Part shown: one piece after another, positions 13,642-27,901 of the stretch
How the letters are laid out: each line of letters begins with the position of its first letter
Position numbering within the stretch: position 1 is the stretch's first letter
Position numbers and translations under genes: made by a program
The notes under the pieces: model-generated
Told to the model about the DNA's origin: nothing
The model's input: only the letters and a program-made list of their open reading frames with translations
The model's database searches: none
From: Eledone cirrhosa
Lineage: Eukaryota
Length of the DNA stretch: 64,000 nucleotides
Reading direction: 5' to 3'
Assembly: GCA_964016885.1 (NCBI GenBank)
Contig: OZ024751.1
Coordinates: 15,376,001 to 15,440,000, forward strand

Positions 13642-13790
13642 CAGCTTCTAAAAAGAGTTGTCACTCCAACACGACGAAGTTAACTTACAGTAAGCCGGTG
13701 TTAATCTCAGGTTTTCCTTTTCAATACGTGGCACATACAATCCTTCCGCGACGAACAAACTAGTTCGTAATAAATTCGCTTCAAACAAAC
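13642..13790 (-). promoter_or_regulatory. Candidate non-coding first exon/promoter of UAP1
   Basis: Largely unique, locally CpG-richer block (~12.1-13.8 kb) with minus-strand donors ctg/gtaaga (13642/13641) and ct/gtaagt (~13688); the UAP1 ATG exon starts with an acceptor so an upstream exon is required. Confidence 0.35.
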
Positions 13791-14544
13791 AACACCAATT
13801 AAAAATAACAAATAAACTACTTTAAATAAGTGTCTCTAATAAATCATATAACATACATCTGATTTATATCTGTAAGAAATTAATGTTTAGGCTGAGTATA
13901 TTAAGGAAGAAGTTGTAATGAAGTCTGCTCTCAGGACAATTAGTGTATGAATACACGACTCCATCCTCTCCTAACTTCTGTGACTTTTGTTTACTTATTG
14001 GCATTGATTTTAAAAAATCAAATGATTCATTCGTGTTTTGTGTATATATATACCCACCTTTATATATATATATATATGTGTGTGGGTGTGTGTTTGTATG
14101 ATGATACATACACACAAACATATATATATATATATGTATATCTTCCTCCTTATCATTTTACGCCCGTTTTTTCCATACTTGCATGGGTTGGACAGGTTTT
14201 CATAGGTCCGAGGCGAGTTTGGAAACCACTTTTTGCTCATATGTTCTAATTTTTAGCCTGTTTTCTACTGCTGGATGCCCTTCCTAATGTCAATCATTTT
14301 ACCTCTATGTCTATTCCACAGCAGTTTTTATCCCCCCCCCCCCCCCGTAGATTATACTGAGTACATAGTACCAAATTTCTACTAACTCCTTTCCTGTGCT
14401 AGACTTACCTAGAAGCTGAATAAGCTATAGTTTAGGGCCACACACCCTCGGTGGCCTCATTGAAAAAAAAATATATATATGTAATTTTATTTTATAATTA
14501 GTTTTGGCCAAAGAAAAAAAAAATTATAAAATAAAAATATATAT

Positions 14545-14960
14545 AGAATCTTGGGTAATGACCGAAAGAATATGATCGTGAATACAAGCGGCAGAAATGG
14601 GATTCCTCTGAAGGGTCTTTGGGGTAACATTACTTGATAGAGTGTGTAGCTCGGAGATCAGCGAGTCACTACAAGTAGAGACGCTACTTCTCCGAATTGA
14701 GAGATCACAGCTCCGATACTACAGGCATGTGGTTAGAATATCTCAGGAAAGAATCGCTGGAAAGATTTTACAGGCAAAACCAACCAGGAAGGAATCCCGG
14801 GGTAGACTCCAAACACAAGATGGTTGGATAACATCCATGAGCTTGGCTGGTTACGCTTGGAGATCCAGCCGGATCAGTTGGAGACAGGGCCCACTGGAAG
14901 GAGTGTTTGAGGGCTCAGTGCCCATGACCCTCTCAGGAATAAGTGGAAGAAGAAGTAATT
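14545..14960 (+). mobile_element. RTE-type LINE 3' fragment nested in a hAT-like MITE (~14395-15121)
   Basis: IQAAEMGFL*R..ESLQVETLLLRIERSQLRYYRHVVR..RGR; (aag)n tail; related tail at 37742-37905; related MITE at ~44045-44212. Confidence 0.75.
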
Positions 14961-15366
14961 CATTTTTATTCTTTAACACTAACTCATAAAAAATTATATA
15001 TATATATATATATATTATTTATTCTTTATTATTAACATTAATATAAAAAATAATATTTTTTTAGAGAAGAGCCTCAAATTTCATATAGCTTAGGGCCTTA
15101 GCAGGTGAGTGTCCAGCCCTGTTCCTTTCCTACATATTGCTCAGGGTCACTTCCATATGACAGCTAAATTATATAAGGTATTTTATAGCATCTTCGCACA
15201 TGAGCACTCCATTATATGAAATGAAGTATCTTCACCAAGAACACAACACACCACTCAGTCCAGGAATTGAATCCATGACATTATGATCACAAGTCTAATA
15301 CCCTAACCACTTGGCTACATGCCTTCAAATGACCCAGGGATACTGTAATCTCTGTAAAGTGGTTGG

Positions 15367-15595
15367 TCGAACCCTTTAGCATTTCAACTGACCATATCCG
15401 TCCAAAATTCTCTCACCTCTTTCTGTTCAAATCGGCCGTAACTGGCCACTCATACCGATGTTAAGGAATTGTTCTCAAAATAAATAATATCAAAATATCA
15501 TAGATTTGATATTATGAGAAATATTATGTGAGATAAAGCCTTTACTACGAAAATATAATAGTATATATGGTGTAATGTAAATGCTAAAGGGTTAA
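15367..15595 (+). mobile_element. piggyBac-type MITE
   Basis: aaccctttagcattt...aaatgctaaagggTTAA. Confidence 0.8.
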
Positions 15596-15609
15596 GGAAG
15601 GGCATCTAG

Positions 15610-15945
15610 CTGTAGGTACAATACATTACTAGAGATAGGAGAGATCAAGAAATTTTTGAAACATTTTTTCACGCTCAGAGTTGTTGAAGCATGAAGCAAA
15701 CTACCTGCATCGGTTGTTAACTGTCGGGACACTGCATCCTTTAAAACTTCCATGTCTCCCGAAATTCGTCAACACTACACCTAATATTCCCCCTCTATGT
15801 ACAAACACACATGTGTCTGTGTGTATACCATGACTCATGCACTGTTCACTTTCCTGACTTTTATACATTATTATATGTACTATACATGCACCTTTGATGA
15901 GTTGTAGTGCACCTGAGCACTGTACACAATAATTTCCATTATTTT
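15610..15945 (+). mobile_element. CR1-type LINE 3' end (second copy ~19900-20155)
   Basis: FFTLRVVEA*SKLPASVVNCRDTASFK, a CR1 ORF2 C-terminal motif; 3' UTR shared by both copies. Confidence 0.7.
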
Positions 15946-16648
15946 AAAGACTAAACATCTTAGAGCTACTTGATTAGTCAGATTAATTAATTATGCTTAA
16001 TACTTGAAAGTCATTGAGTGGAATTGTCAAAAAACTGATAGAGTTCCAAGAAAATAAATATCTTTTCTATGAAAATGTTTCCTTTAGTTTAATATAATTA
16101 TCTAAATTATCTAATTTAATGAGGGTAAGCAGGAGGAGGAGGAGTAGGGGTAGTTTAAGACTATTTAATAAGCAATAATTCTAAGGCAGAGTTTTGGAAT
16201 AACTATATCATCATAAATGTTTCTAAATCTAAGGGTGCCCTATTGAAAAGTGTGTGGGTTGGTGGAGATGGGAGCAGAATCATCCAGTTCCCCTACCCTC
16301 TACTTCTCCCTTTCGTGACCGGCCCACTCAAGAGGCCCCAGATTTACTCCTGGAAAGTAAAGTTCCTCTCCAAGACGCAGGCCTCAACAACGTCCCCACC
16401 CCCAGTTTTTTTTTTTGCATGTAAAAATAATAGCCACCTATGCATGTAAGTCTCTCTCTTCTCCATGTTACCAATGTTGTCCAAAGAAAAGAAAGAAAGA
16501 CAAACACTGATACAACTTGAACTTAGTATTAATGATTAGTGATGCTGCAGACACGCTTGGAACACAAAGGGCTCAAAGAGATGCCAAAAGGGATCATGTC
16601 TGACTCTTTATCAATTTCACCACTCAACTGGTTCTGAAATATCCTGTC

Positions 16649-16702
<54 letters not shown>

Positions 16703-16737
16703 CATATATATATATATACATACATATATATATATAT

Positions 16738-17101
16738 CATCATCATCATCATCATCATCATTTTACGTCCGCTTTTCCCTGCAAAGGTGGGACGGGAACT
16801 GATTCTGGCTTGATTTCTACAGCTGGATGCCCTTCCTAACACCAACCTCATTTACAGTGAGTGCTGGGTGCTTTTTTCCGTGGCGCCTACACGACCACTT
16901 TACAGTGTGGGCTGGGTGCTTTTTTGCCGTAACACCTCCACGACCACTTTGCAGTGGAACGATAGGGACTCCAGTCCCTATCATCTCATTTCTACAGCTG
17001 TGTAAACTGGAGCAATGTGAAATAAAGTGTCTAGCTCAAGGAAACAACACATCACCCGGTCTGAGAATTGAACTCACAACTCTTCGATTGCAAGGCCAAT
17101 G

Positions 17102-17103
<2 letters not shown>
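16738..17103 (-). mobile_element. SINE family B
   Basis: Same body and (gat)n tail as other copies; head interrupted by (TA)n. Confidence 0.88.
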
Positions 17104-17161
<58 letters not shown>

Positions 17162-17192
17162 AGAACAAAAGATGGTTAAAGGAGTTCCATGT

Positions 17193-17261
17193 ATTTTATT
17201 ATGCGCATTTCAAAAACAAATATCATCATGCAATAATATTTGTGTTTTCATCAGATAAAAC
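17193..17261 (-). ncRNA. Minimal type I hammerhead ribozyme near the 3' end of an ~870-bp insert (17160-18030) between (TA)n tracts
   Basis: Minus: GUUUUAU CUGAUGA AAACACAAAUAUUAUUGCAUGAUGAUAUUUGUUUUU GAAAU GCGC AUA AUAAAAU; palindromic stem III, overlapping AATAAA. Confidence 0.83.
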
Positions 17262-18029
17262 AGGAGGACATGATATGAAGGCTAAAAAACACTTGTGGAT
17301 AGTTCAGTTTTAAATCAACATATGAGAAGTAGTTTTAGATTGATGTGTGATATTGGGAAAAATATTTTATTTAGAGGGGGTGGTGGGGGTGGAAAGGATG
17401 AAAAAAAGAGGAGGAGATGAGAGTGAAGGTGGAGAGGGAGGAGTATAGTGAGGAAGGATGAGATAGGAGGGGAGATGGGTGATAGAGAGAGAGAGATATA
17501 GTTTTTATAACTGAGAAAGATATATTGTTTTACATAGAGAGGTTGAAAACCGTTGGAAGATAATGTATAAATTAAAAGAATTTGAAAATTAACGAAGAGA
17601 AAAAGAGAAAAATATGTGCGAAGAAAGAGAAGGAGTTAATATGTATTGAGAATAATGAGTTAGATGATAGAGAGAAAAGAATAATGAACTGCGGATGAAT
17701 ATTCTAACGTCAAAAAAAATTGTATATGTTTACGAAGGATTTTTATAAGGTGATATAGAGTAAGAATGTGTTGTATTATGTAATAATTGATTCTATGTTA
17801 GGCAAGAGTGAGAAAAGGTACAGATTAGGGGTTAGATATTAGAAGAGAAGAAAAGGAAGTGATAAATATGGGTGATGTAGAAAGAGTAAAACAGGTATTA
17901 TAGAAATTTGAAAATTAACGAAGAGAAAAATAATGTAAAGTTAAGGTTTGTATATTGAAGGATTTGATAATATGTGCTTCTTATCCGATATCTTCATTGC
18001 TTTATTGTACTACAATAAAACTCACCTCC

Positions 18030-18079
<50 letters not shown>

Positions 18080-18103
18080 CACATACATACATATATATAT
18101 ATA

Positions 18104-18200
18104 TATATTGTTATACTTTGGGAGGGTTATCCTGCCAATAAAAACACAGGCACCTGTTGGTTTTTATTGGCAGCATGACCCTCCCAAAGTATAACAATAT
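18104..18200. repeat. Hairpin (~42-bp arms) abutting (TA)n
   Basis: atattgttatactttgggagggttatcctgccaataaaaac / gtttttattggcagcatgaccctcccaaagtataacaatat. Confidence 0.88.
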
Positions 18201-18972
18201 TTGCTTCAACAAACGTTTTCAGATAAGAAATCTCGCAAAACAAATTCAAAAACGAATTATATATATATAAATAAAAGGATTATTAACACGGACAAGCGAT
18301 ATATTAAAGTATTATTCCAAGCATTAACATATGTTTCATCACCTAATAAGCAATTAATTTATGTCTTGAAACCGCTATCATCAATAGTTGATTGGCTATT
18401 GTGAAATTCGATTTTTAATACACAAAACAATGCAGTCACTAGAGGAATTATCAAAATACTGAAATAATCCTCGGTACAGATTACTTGTAACCTGAGCTTA
18501 TATAACCTCAAACGATATCTCGTTTACTTTGATATATATATATATATATATATTTTTAATGATTTGGTGTTAGAGAATAAAAACTAATGATAAAATAAAT
18601 ATTTTTTTTTTTAGCCCCAACCCCCACCCACCCCATTCACAAGGGTACGTGACCCTAAGCTATGGCTTATTTAGTTTATAGGTAAGTCCAGCACTGCTCA
18701 CAGTTAAGACATTGTTCAAATTGGTACATCGAAAAGAACAAAAGGATGAAATATTGATTTCGAGTTTAGGCAAAAAGTCAGCAGATTTGGGGTATGGGTA
18801 AAGTTGATTAAATCAACCTTAGTACATGACTGGTACTTTATTTTATTGTCCCTGGAAGGATGAATGGCAAAGTTAACTTTGGCAGGATTTAAACTTAGAA
18901 TGTAAAGGGCCAGAACGAATACCACAATGGTATTTCATCTGGTGCTCTACCAATTCTGCCCGTCAACCACCC

Positions 18973-19176
18973 TTAACCCTATAGCATTTAAACCAGCAAT
19001 ATCTCTCACTTCTTTCTGTTCAAACTGGCTGTAACTAGCTGCTCATACTTATGTTAAGGTATTGTTCTCAAAATAAATAATATCAAAATCTCATAGATTC
19101 GATATTATGTGAGGTAAAGCCTTCACCATGAAAATATAATAGTATGTATAGCGTAATGTAAATGCTAAATGGTTAA
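18973..19176 (+). mobile_element. piggyBac-type MITE
   Basis: TTAAccctatagcattta...taaatgctaaatggTTAA. Confidence 0.82.
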
Positions 19177-20440
19177 AAGGAAAAAAATATTTCAATAATC
19201 CCCAACACTTCCCTGTGCTGTGTTGAGTTTTTATGGTAGTTGCAAAAGTTGTTACAGAATTCAGGGTAAACATCTTGGAGCTTATGTATTTACCTTAAAT
19301 ATGGGAAGTAACTGTCAGTTAATGGTGGTGGTAGGGGGTGGGTCGTGGTGGTGGGTCGCGGTGGTGGGTTGTAGTGGTGGGATGGTGTTGGTAGTGGAGG
19401 GTGGTGGGGGAGATGACATTTTCCTTGCTGACTTTTTTTTTACCCACCACCACCACCACCAGAATGTTGAGAATTTTTAATGATAGCATTTCTTTACCAG
19501 TATGGCTTTAAAGAAGAAGAAAAAAAGAGGAAGAGGAGAAACAAAACTTCCCTTGTCGAAACCTGTTTCTAAGCAAGTGTTATTACATATATATTTAAAG
19601 AGAGAGAGAGAGAGAGCAGGGAGGTTTTGTTTAGATAAATGAATTTCTTAGGTGGAGATAGGAGTTTCGGAATACATGACAGTTGTTGTGGTAATCATGC
19701 CTTTCCTAACAGGTTCCAACTGGAATTTGAAACCACTCTTTTTGTATATATATATTATATATATATATATTGTATTTTGTATATATTATATATATATATT
19801 GTATACTGTATGTATGGGCTCGAAACATGTCTAATGTTTTCCCACAGATACTGAGATAGCTGTGACATACTCACAGCTTAAAACATTTATAGCAAGACTT
19901 ATCTAAGTTTACTAAACATAAATGTATTGTATATACTTTCAAACTTCCATGCTTCCCGAAATTCATCAACAATACACCTGATATTTCCCCTTCATACACA
20001 TGCAATCATATCATGTATCTGTGTGTATATCGTTACTCATATACTGTTTACTTTCCTGACATTTGTACATTACTCTATGTACTATACATGCACCTCTGAT
20101 GAGTTGTAGTGCACCTGAGCACTGTACACAATCATTTCATTAATATTATCATTATATTAACCAGAGCCAGATCTGCCAACAATATTTGGCAGTATCTGGG
20201 ATAGCTGAAAACCTAAGATCTTGAATTAACATCTTGTCCTCACATATATGCTGTCATCAATGTGTCTTACTTTTATATTCATCACTGAGCACAAACTTTG
20301 CACATGTCCAGATCTTTATAAATAATCCTATGTGCAGTTACCACACCAATTCCCAACTATGTTTATTGTCTTTATCGACACATGACAGTTTTTATCTAAA
20401 AAATTGCAAATTTTCTCAACCAGTCGTGATGTTTTAATGC

Positions 20441-20472
<32 letters not shown>

Positions 20473-20853
20473 ACACACCTCTCTGCCATCCTTGAAACTT
20501 GTGTGTCTGTGCAAACACAGATGTATAGCTCATACAAGTTAATCTATAATCATTTTGGGGCATTTCATAAGTTCCTGTAGCATTTTTGCCCAGTTTAACA
20601 CAAACTTTTTATTGCATACAACGAACTTGCAACTTGTCTTTACATCCTAATTGTATTCTGTAAAATAGTCAGTTGCAGCAAGCAAGGTGTGTTCAAAGTG
20701 TGCTGTTACAGCTGACTTCTTTAATTTGGAATAACAAAAGTTGACAGGTGAGCTTATTAGATGCAAAGAAATGATATACTAAAATTACAACAACCCCGGA
20801 TAGTTATAACTGCCTATCCTAAAAAATAATCTTAAAACTTCTCAAATGCACCT

Positions 20854-20907
<54 letters not shown>

Positions 20908-20910
<3 letters not shown>

Positions 20911-21460
20911 TCATCATCCTCGTTTAACGTCCACTTTCCACGCTAGCATGGGTTAGATGGGAGTTGTCCCACTTGAGGCAAGGTTGGTCGGGTGACTGTG
21001 TCTCGCCCATATAGGACTATCTGGCAGGTTTTCTATGGCTGAATGCCCTTCCTAATACCAACCACATTTACAGTGTGGAACTGGGAACTTTTTACCGTGC
21101 TACCTACACGGCCACATTACAGCGTGGACTGTGTGTTTTTTTCTCGTGACATGTACACGATCTCGATCTCATTTATTTGGACTGGATGTTGTGGTACCAA
21201 CTTTATAGAGAGGGGGTGGTGTTGATGGGAGTGGGAGGATAGGGTAGGGGTAGTGGATTGGGGTGTATATTTGGTTAAGAGGTGCCTACTGGCTGTAGGT
21301 TTCGCTTTGTACATAGGCAAGGCAGGTCTTCTGTATTACTGCGTAGCACCAAAGATCTTGGTCCAGTGACATTGTCTTAGAGAGGTGTAAGTGTGTAAGG
21401 TCGGAATTTATCAGATCGTCCCAGGTTTTTCTGGGTCTACCTACTCCGTAACTACCATCA
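20908..21460 (-). mobile_element. RTE LINE 3' fragment (similar copies 23757-24372 and 43050-43380)
   Basis: Encodes GRPRKTWDDLINSDL; 3' UTR ends in (gat)n; homologous to 61748-62200. Confidence 0.82.
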
Positions 21461-21889
21461 AAGAGGGTCGGACGCCATGCTTTCCAGCATAGTTACGTCC
21501 CTTTACGATCTGAGTTCAAATCCCGCCGAGGTTGACTTTGCCTTTCATCCTTACGGGGTCGATAAAATAAAGTACCAGTAATGTACTGGGTAATTGCTGG
21601 CCTTGTGCCTAAAGTAGAAACAATTTTTTTTACACTCTTCCTGCATATCTCTACACCCTCTACGTCTCATTCTACATTTCCTCTTACATCTCTCTCTCTC
21701 TCTCATTACCACCTGATTCTGTTACCCGGAGATTTATCCATCTGCTTTGCTGAGGCTTCCAAAAAGACTAATTTTATATATATCTAAACCCATGCTAGCG
21801 TGGAAGATAGACGTTAAACAATGATGATGATGATGATGATGATGTCTGCTGTTGGAACTACAACTATTTAATGATTTCCATGTCAGAGT

Positions 21890-22141
21890 TTCCTTGAGCA
21901 AGACACTTTATTTCACATTGTTCCAGTTTACTCAGCTGTAGAAATAAGATGATAGGGGCTGGGGTCCCTATCATTCCACTGCAAAGTGGACATGTAGGCG
22001 CCACAGAAAAAAAGCACCCAGCACTCACTGTAAATGAGGTTGGTGTTAGGAAGGCATCCAGCTGTAGAAATCAAGCCAGAATCAGATCCCATCCCACCCT
22101 TGCAAGCAGGGAAAAGCGGACGTAAAATGATGATGATGATG
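21890..22141 (+). mobile_element. SINE family B, 5'-truncated
   Basis: tttccttgagcaagacact...gcggacgtaaaatgatgatgatg. Confidence 0.88.
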
Positions 22142-22215
22142 AGATCTGTGATTGCCATGCATGGTCAGCCTTTGTTCACGATACTCTGGATTCACGGGTT
22201 AGAGCTGATTAAACC

Positions 22216-22440
22216 CCTCCCAGGTAAATACCAACACACATACAAGTCCAACTCCTCCCAGGTAAATACCAACACACATACAAGTCCAACTCCTCCCAGG
22301 TAAATACCAACACACATACAAGTCCAACTCCTCCCAGGTAAATACCAACACACGTACAAGTCCAACCCTTCGCAGGTAAATACCAGTACACGTACAAGTT
22401 CAACCCCTCCCAGGTAAATATCAACACATGTATAAGTTCT
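22216..22440. repeat. Minisatellite, 38-bp unit x ~6
   Basis: cctcccaggtaaataccaacacacatacaagtccaact. Confidence 0.95.
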
Positions 22441-24784
22441 AGAACACATTTAATACGTTAACCTGTCAAACACCTTTTAACAGTATAAGCAAGTTAATAA
22501 CCCAGTCATTGAATAAATGTTGACGAAAGTCATATTGTAAATATATCAAAGGAAACTAAATACCTCAGTGACGACTAACGTAATTCCAGACTTAAAAATG
22601 TGTACTCATGATTTTTGAAATACAGAGTCTCCCCCAAAAATGTATACATGCTTCAACAGCATTCTAATAAATAACCCATGCCAGCGTGGAAGATAGATGT
22701 TAAACGATGATGATGATGATGATGATGATTGCCTGTACAGGTAATCAGTGTGTATACACTTTTGGGGACATCCTATATATTTTTTTTTTTTTTTAGGAAC
22801 GATCGACTTTCGTCAAATCGGACCGAGGGAACAATGTTTCCGTTGGTCTTTCCAATTGCTAATACTATCTATCGGTCGCAACTCCAGGTAGAAGGAGCAA
22901 CGTGAAATAAAGTGTCTTGCTCAAGGACATAACGCATCGCCTGGTCCAGGAATCGAACTCACAACCTTACGATTGCGAATCCAATTCTCTAACCACTCAG
23001 CCACACGCCTTCACTAATCCTATATATTTGTTCCTTTAAATATTTCTGTATTAAATGTCAGGCACAGAAACATCCTCCTTTTCTACTAAAAATTTGCAGG
23101 GAGGAGGGGAAAGAAAAGTTGGTTAAATCAACCCCAGTATTTGACTGGTATTTTATTTTATCGACTTTGGAAGGATGAAAAGCAAAAATGATTTCCAATT
23201 TTGGCACAAGGCCAGCAATTTGCAGAGAGGAGGGGAAAGAAAAGTTGGTTAACTATGCTGCACTTTCCTATAAATTGCTGATCTTGTGCCAATGTTAGAA
23301 AGTATTATTTTTTAATAACATAAGGAGCTGTGTAATCTTTTATTATTTCATGTTTATTGTTATTCATAAATATATCTTGTGCGTGTACATGGGTGTGAAA
23401 TTTATTCACACTTCACTAACTATCATAACTATGTTATCACCTGTAAACTATCCAACCAAATAGTTGCATTTGTCCAATGAACATTAGTTTCAGCTATATA
23501 TATATATATAAATACACACACAATACATTTTATATCCTGTTAGTCATAGACTACCAATAGCTGAGAGAGTTTGGTGGATTATTATGACAACCAATCTCAG
23601 ATCCCATTTGATTATATTCCAGACCTTTTAATCACTAATCAGTAACAAAAGCTTCTGTTTCCTGGTATTTAAACAATTCGAAAATCTATTACTTATCATT
23701 AGGTTTCCAGATTGCACATTTTGAGTGGCAGGGTAGAAGAGTTGATATATATATATCATCATCTTCCATGCTAGCATGGGTTGGACGGGTTTGTCCCACT
23801 TGAGGCAAGATTGGTCGGGTGACAGTGTCTCGCTCATACAGAACTGATTCTGGCAGGATGCCCTTCCTAACACCAACCACATTTACAGTGTGAACCGGGA
23901 GCCTTTTTACCGTGTCTTCTCTACGACCACTTTACAGTGTGGACTGGGTGCTTTTTGTCAAGTGACCTACATGACCACTTTACAGTGGATGGAAGTGGGA
24001 GTAGGGTGTGTGGGGTGTATATTGGGTTAAGAAGTGCCTACTGACTGTAGGTTTAAGTTTGTATGTAAGGGAAGGTGAGTCTTCTGTATAACTGCATAGT
24101 GCCAAAGATCTTGATCCAGTGACATTGTCTTAGAGAGGTGTAAGTGAACAAGGTCAGTTTTTATCACTTCGTCCCAGGTTTTTCTCAGTCTACCCACTCC
24201 GTAGCTTCCATCAATTTTTTATACAGCTGTTGTCCTTCATACACATCACATGCCCATACAAATGCAATCTCTTCTCTTGCACACATTTGATAGCTCTTAT
24301 CCTTAGTCAATTTGAGCATGCAAGTTTTGTTTCTTTCTAATCTACGCAAGTCTTCTGCACACAACACCCAGGTATATATATATGCTGTCCAACCTATGCA
24401 AGCATAGAGAAGCAGGTGTAAAAACGCCGATGATATATATATATATATATATGCGTGTGTGTGAAACTTCGTCTTTTTACACTTAATATCTATCTATACA
24501 CAGATACACACACACACACATCTCTACAACTTTGCATTTTCCTCATTCTAATTATACTAAGTTAACCTCGGCAGGATTTGAACTTTATGTTCTAAGTTCA
24601 AATTCTACTGAGGTTAACTTTGCCTTTCATCCTTACGGGGTCGATAAAATAAACCACCAGTAATACACTGGGATAATTGCTGGCCTTGTGCCAAAAGTAG
24701 AAACAATCATGCTTCATCATCCTTATTTTGAAGAAGCAACATGACATCGAGTGCTTGGATTGAATTGCATCAATGTCTACCGTA

Positions 24785-25079
24785 TCATCATCATCATTTT
24801 ACGTCCACTTTTCCCTGCTTGCAAGGGTGGGACGGGAACTGATTGTGGCTTGATTTCTACAGCTGGATGCCCTTCCTAACACCAACCTCATTTACAGTGA
24901 GTGCTGGGTGGTTTTTGCCGTGGCACCTACACGACCACTTTTCTATAGCTGAGTAAACTGGAGCAATGTGAAATAAAGTGTCTTGCTCAAGGAAACAACA
25001 CATCACCCGGTCTGAGAATTGAACTCACAACCTTTCGATTGCAAGGCCAATGCTCTAACCACTAAGCCATGTGCCTCCA
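24785..25079 (-). mobile_element. SINE family B with intact head
   Basis: tggaggcacatggcttagtggttagagcattggccttgcaatcgaaaggttgtgagttcaattctc. Confidence 0.9.
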
Positions 25080-26091
25080 TGTGTGTATATATATATATAC
25101 TCTCCTTATCCAAACTTTCCTCCAAGCGTGAACCTAATATAACTGTGTAAATTTGGCTCCTGCATTTTGTTTGTTTAATTTATTAACTATATATATATCA
25201 TTACTGTTTATTTTCTTTTGGTTTCTCTGGTTAGATACCCTTCCTAATACCATGACAAACATAGATGCAAAAACAGTCTTATCAGTTTCATGCTTAGAAA
25301 TGAAGATAAAGAAATAAAATATATACCATCATTATTTAACGTCCATTTTCCATATCTTGCTCATACCGATCTGTATTTTTGCTTGGTTTCTACGGCAGGA
25401 TGGCCTTCCTAACACTAACCATAATTCAATGTGGACTGGGTGGTTTTTATTGACACCAATCTAACCATCTAACATGGTGGACTGGGTGCTTTTTGTCGTG
25501 TCACCAGTACGACCATCTTACAGAGTGGTCACGGTGTTTTTTTCTTTATGTCACCAGCACATGAACTAGTGATACTAGCTAAATGAAATCCATTTAAAAC
25601 TTTATACCCCCATCTCACAAAAAAAAATATATAAATCAAGGGAAATAACTCTAGTCAACAGCGTGAGTATTAGATGCACAAAGACAAATTAGCTTTACAT
25701 TTCTCAATACCTTTCATTCTGCTCGTGAACAACAGCGAGGAAAATCCGATTAGGGATAATTTTTATTGTTATTATGAAAGTTCGTTGAATGAAGGTTAAC
25801 ATGTTGACATAACCTTAAACGACAAAACGAAATTTAAAGCTCTGTAATTTTACAATGTCTAGAGCCTTTAATGCCCCATTAGCTACATGGACAATTTATG
25901 GGAAGTACAACCAGCCACGAAACGTTTTAAGGCCTTTTCCCTCGGCCATGTAAGTCCTTTGACAGTCTTTATATATATATATATATATTTTTTTAATGTT
26001 GAACTATAATTTATTTATGATAAAAACTGTATAAACATATTATTTACAGTAACAGCAATAATAATAATTGTTTCTTCTTTTGGCACATAAA

Positions 26092-26856
26092 TCTATATAT
26101 TAATTTCAACAATGTCAGTATTCCGTGTCATAATCCTCGATTATCATTGGTTCATAGGTTTCAAACGACTCAGCCCACCTCAAATTAATATGCATAATGC
26201 CAATGAGGGAGTGAGAGGGGAGAGTAAGAAACAGAGAGGGAAAGTGAATGCTGTAACTATTACCATGTGTGCGTGCGCTTATGTTTATGTGTGTGTGCGT
26301 GCAGCGTTCCACAGAAAGTAAAAGCAATTCAAATTTATCAAACAGTGAACTACAGCCAGGAATGAAGAAAAACGGGCCGAACAGCGCCATCCGAACGCCG
26401 AACTTCAGAGGCGAAGACGTGCCGTCATGAATGAAGAGGAGCTGGTTGAACGCCAACGAAACACTGGAGCCAAGCAGCGACAGTGTGCTGCGATGTTTGA
26501 AGACGAACTGGCTGAGCATCATCTTTTATATTAATTATCTATATCTACATATAATATAAGATTGGAACTTCCATCATCCTTTTGAGAAACGTGGAACAAC
26601 CACGTCTATGCAATGATACACGTTTTACAGTCAGGCAGAAGATGAACGATCTCCTAGAGGTCACTATTCTAGGTGGGAGCACCTAAATTGTTCATATACT
26701 ATGCACAAACGGTACAACGAAGAATCTGGTATATCTGGAAGATTTTTTTTACTGTATTTTGTATCACACACACACCACGGACTTGCTTCATACTGTAACC
26801 AGACAAACATCCAATACAGTCATTTTCTCTTATGTTTACCCGGGTACGTCAGCTAG
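26092..26856 (+). mobile_element. Helitron-like remnants (5' piece 26092-26530 plus a short element 26538-26856)
   Basis: Two A|TCTATAT starts; end ..cccgggtacgtcagCTAG|T; 26360-26470 encodes EEKRAEQRHPNAELQRRRRAVMNEEELVERQR, like the charged N-terminal repeats of Helitron RepHel proteins. Confidence 0.55.
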
Positions 26857-27901
26857 TATACAGTAATGTAAATACTAAAAGTGCTAACACATAAAAATAT
26901 TTTTACTCCACAAGATTTAATTACAACTAAGAGATATTACTAGAAATAATGGTTTCTTATATAGGCACAAGGCCAGCAATTATCCCAGTGTATTACTGGT
27001 ACTTTATTTTATCGACCCCGTAAAGATGAATGGCAAAGTTAACCTCGGCAGGATTTGAACTCAGATCATACAGGGCCGTAACTCTTTGCTGCAAAGCATG
27101 GCGTCCAACCCTCTACCGATACTGCCCTATTAACAGAAATAATACCTGTGATTGGCTTCTGTTTGTGATGCCATGGGATTACTGGTTAGCGCCAGCCAAC
27201 TTATCCTGACTGAATACCAACACAAATATACTGTTATATATATGTGGACCTGTAAGTCCTGGTGGAGCCGTAGTGACATATAGCATTCCTTGGGCATTTT
27301 GAACCTGGCAGAGCCCATCTGTTTCCAAGTTTGAATGTAGCCAATTTCTTCCACTCACAGATAGAAAGGAAGAATTGACCCTGAAAGAATGAATGGCAAA
27401 GGCAGGATTTGAACAGATACCCAGAATGAATACTGCAAAGCATTCCAACTCTTCCAATTCACTGATACAAATATAACCAAGTACTTAGATTAAATAACAA
27501 GGTTGTCAAACAAAGGGCTGAGAGGACTCTTCAGCTGTGGCATAGACATGACAACCTCTCTAGCTTGCTGATCTACATGATAAATGATCATCCAGTACAC
27601 TTTTGTAAACTTGTTAGTTATAGGAAAAGCATCCGGCTGTAGAAAGCCTGCCAAACAAAGAGTTGGAAAGACTCTTCAGCTATGCTAAAGGACAACTTCC
27701 CTAGCGTTGTTGCTACGATAAAATGCACGATTGTATGTCAGGCCCCTGGCCAAACTGGAGTACTGACTGGTCTATGAGGACATGATCAACCCTTGATGTA
27801 GATGATGATGGTGACTGAGTAGTACAAATATGAAAGTATTGCACTGAAACTCTTCCTGGGTAGATACCAACACATGTAGAAATAAGTAAAGTTAACTAGG
27901 G

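Noticed and set aside
27520-27685. Two CTGAAGA motifs on the minus strand
   Set aside because: No matching GAAA or stems; lie in RTE/SINE-related debris
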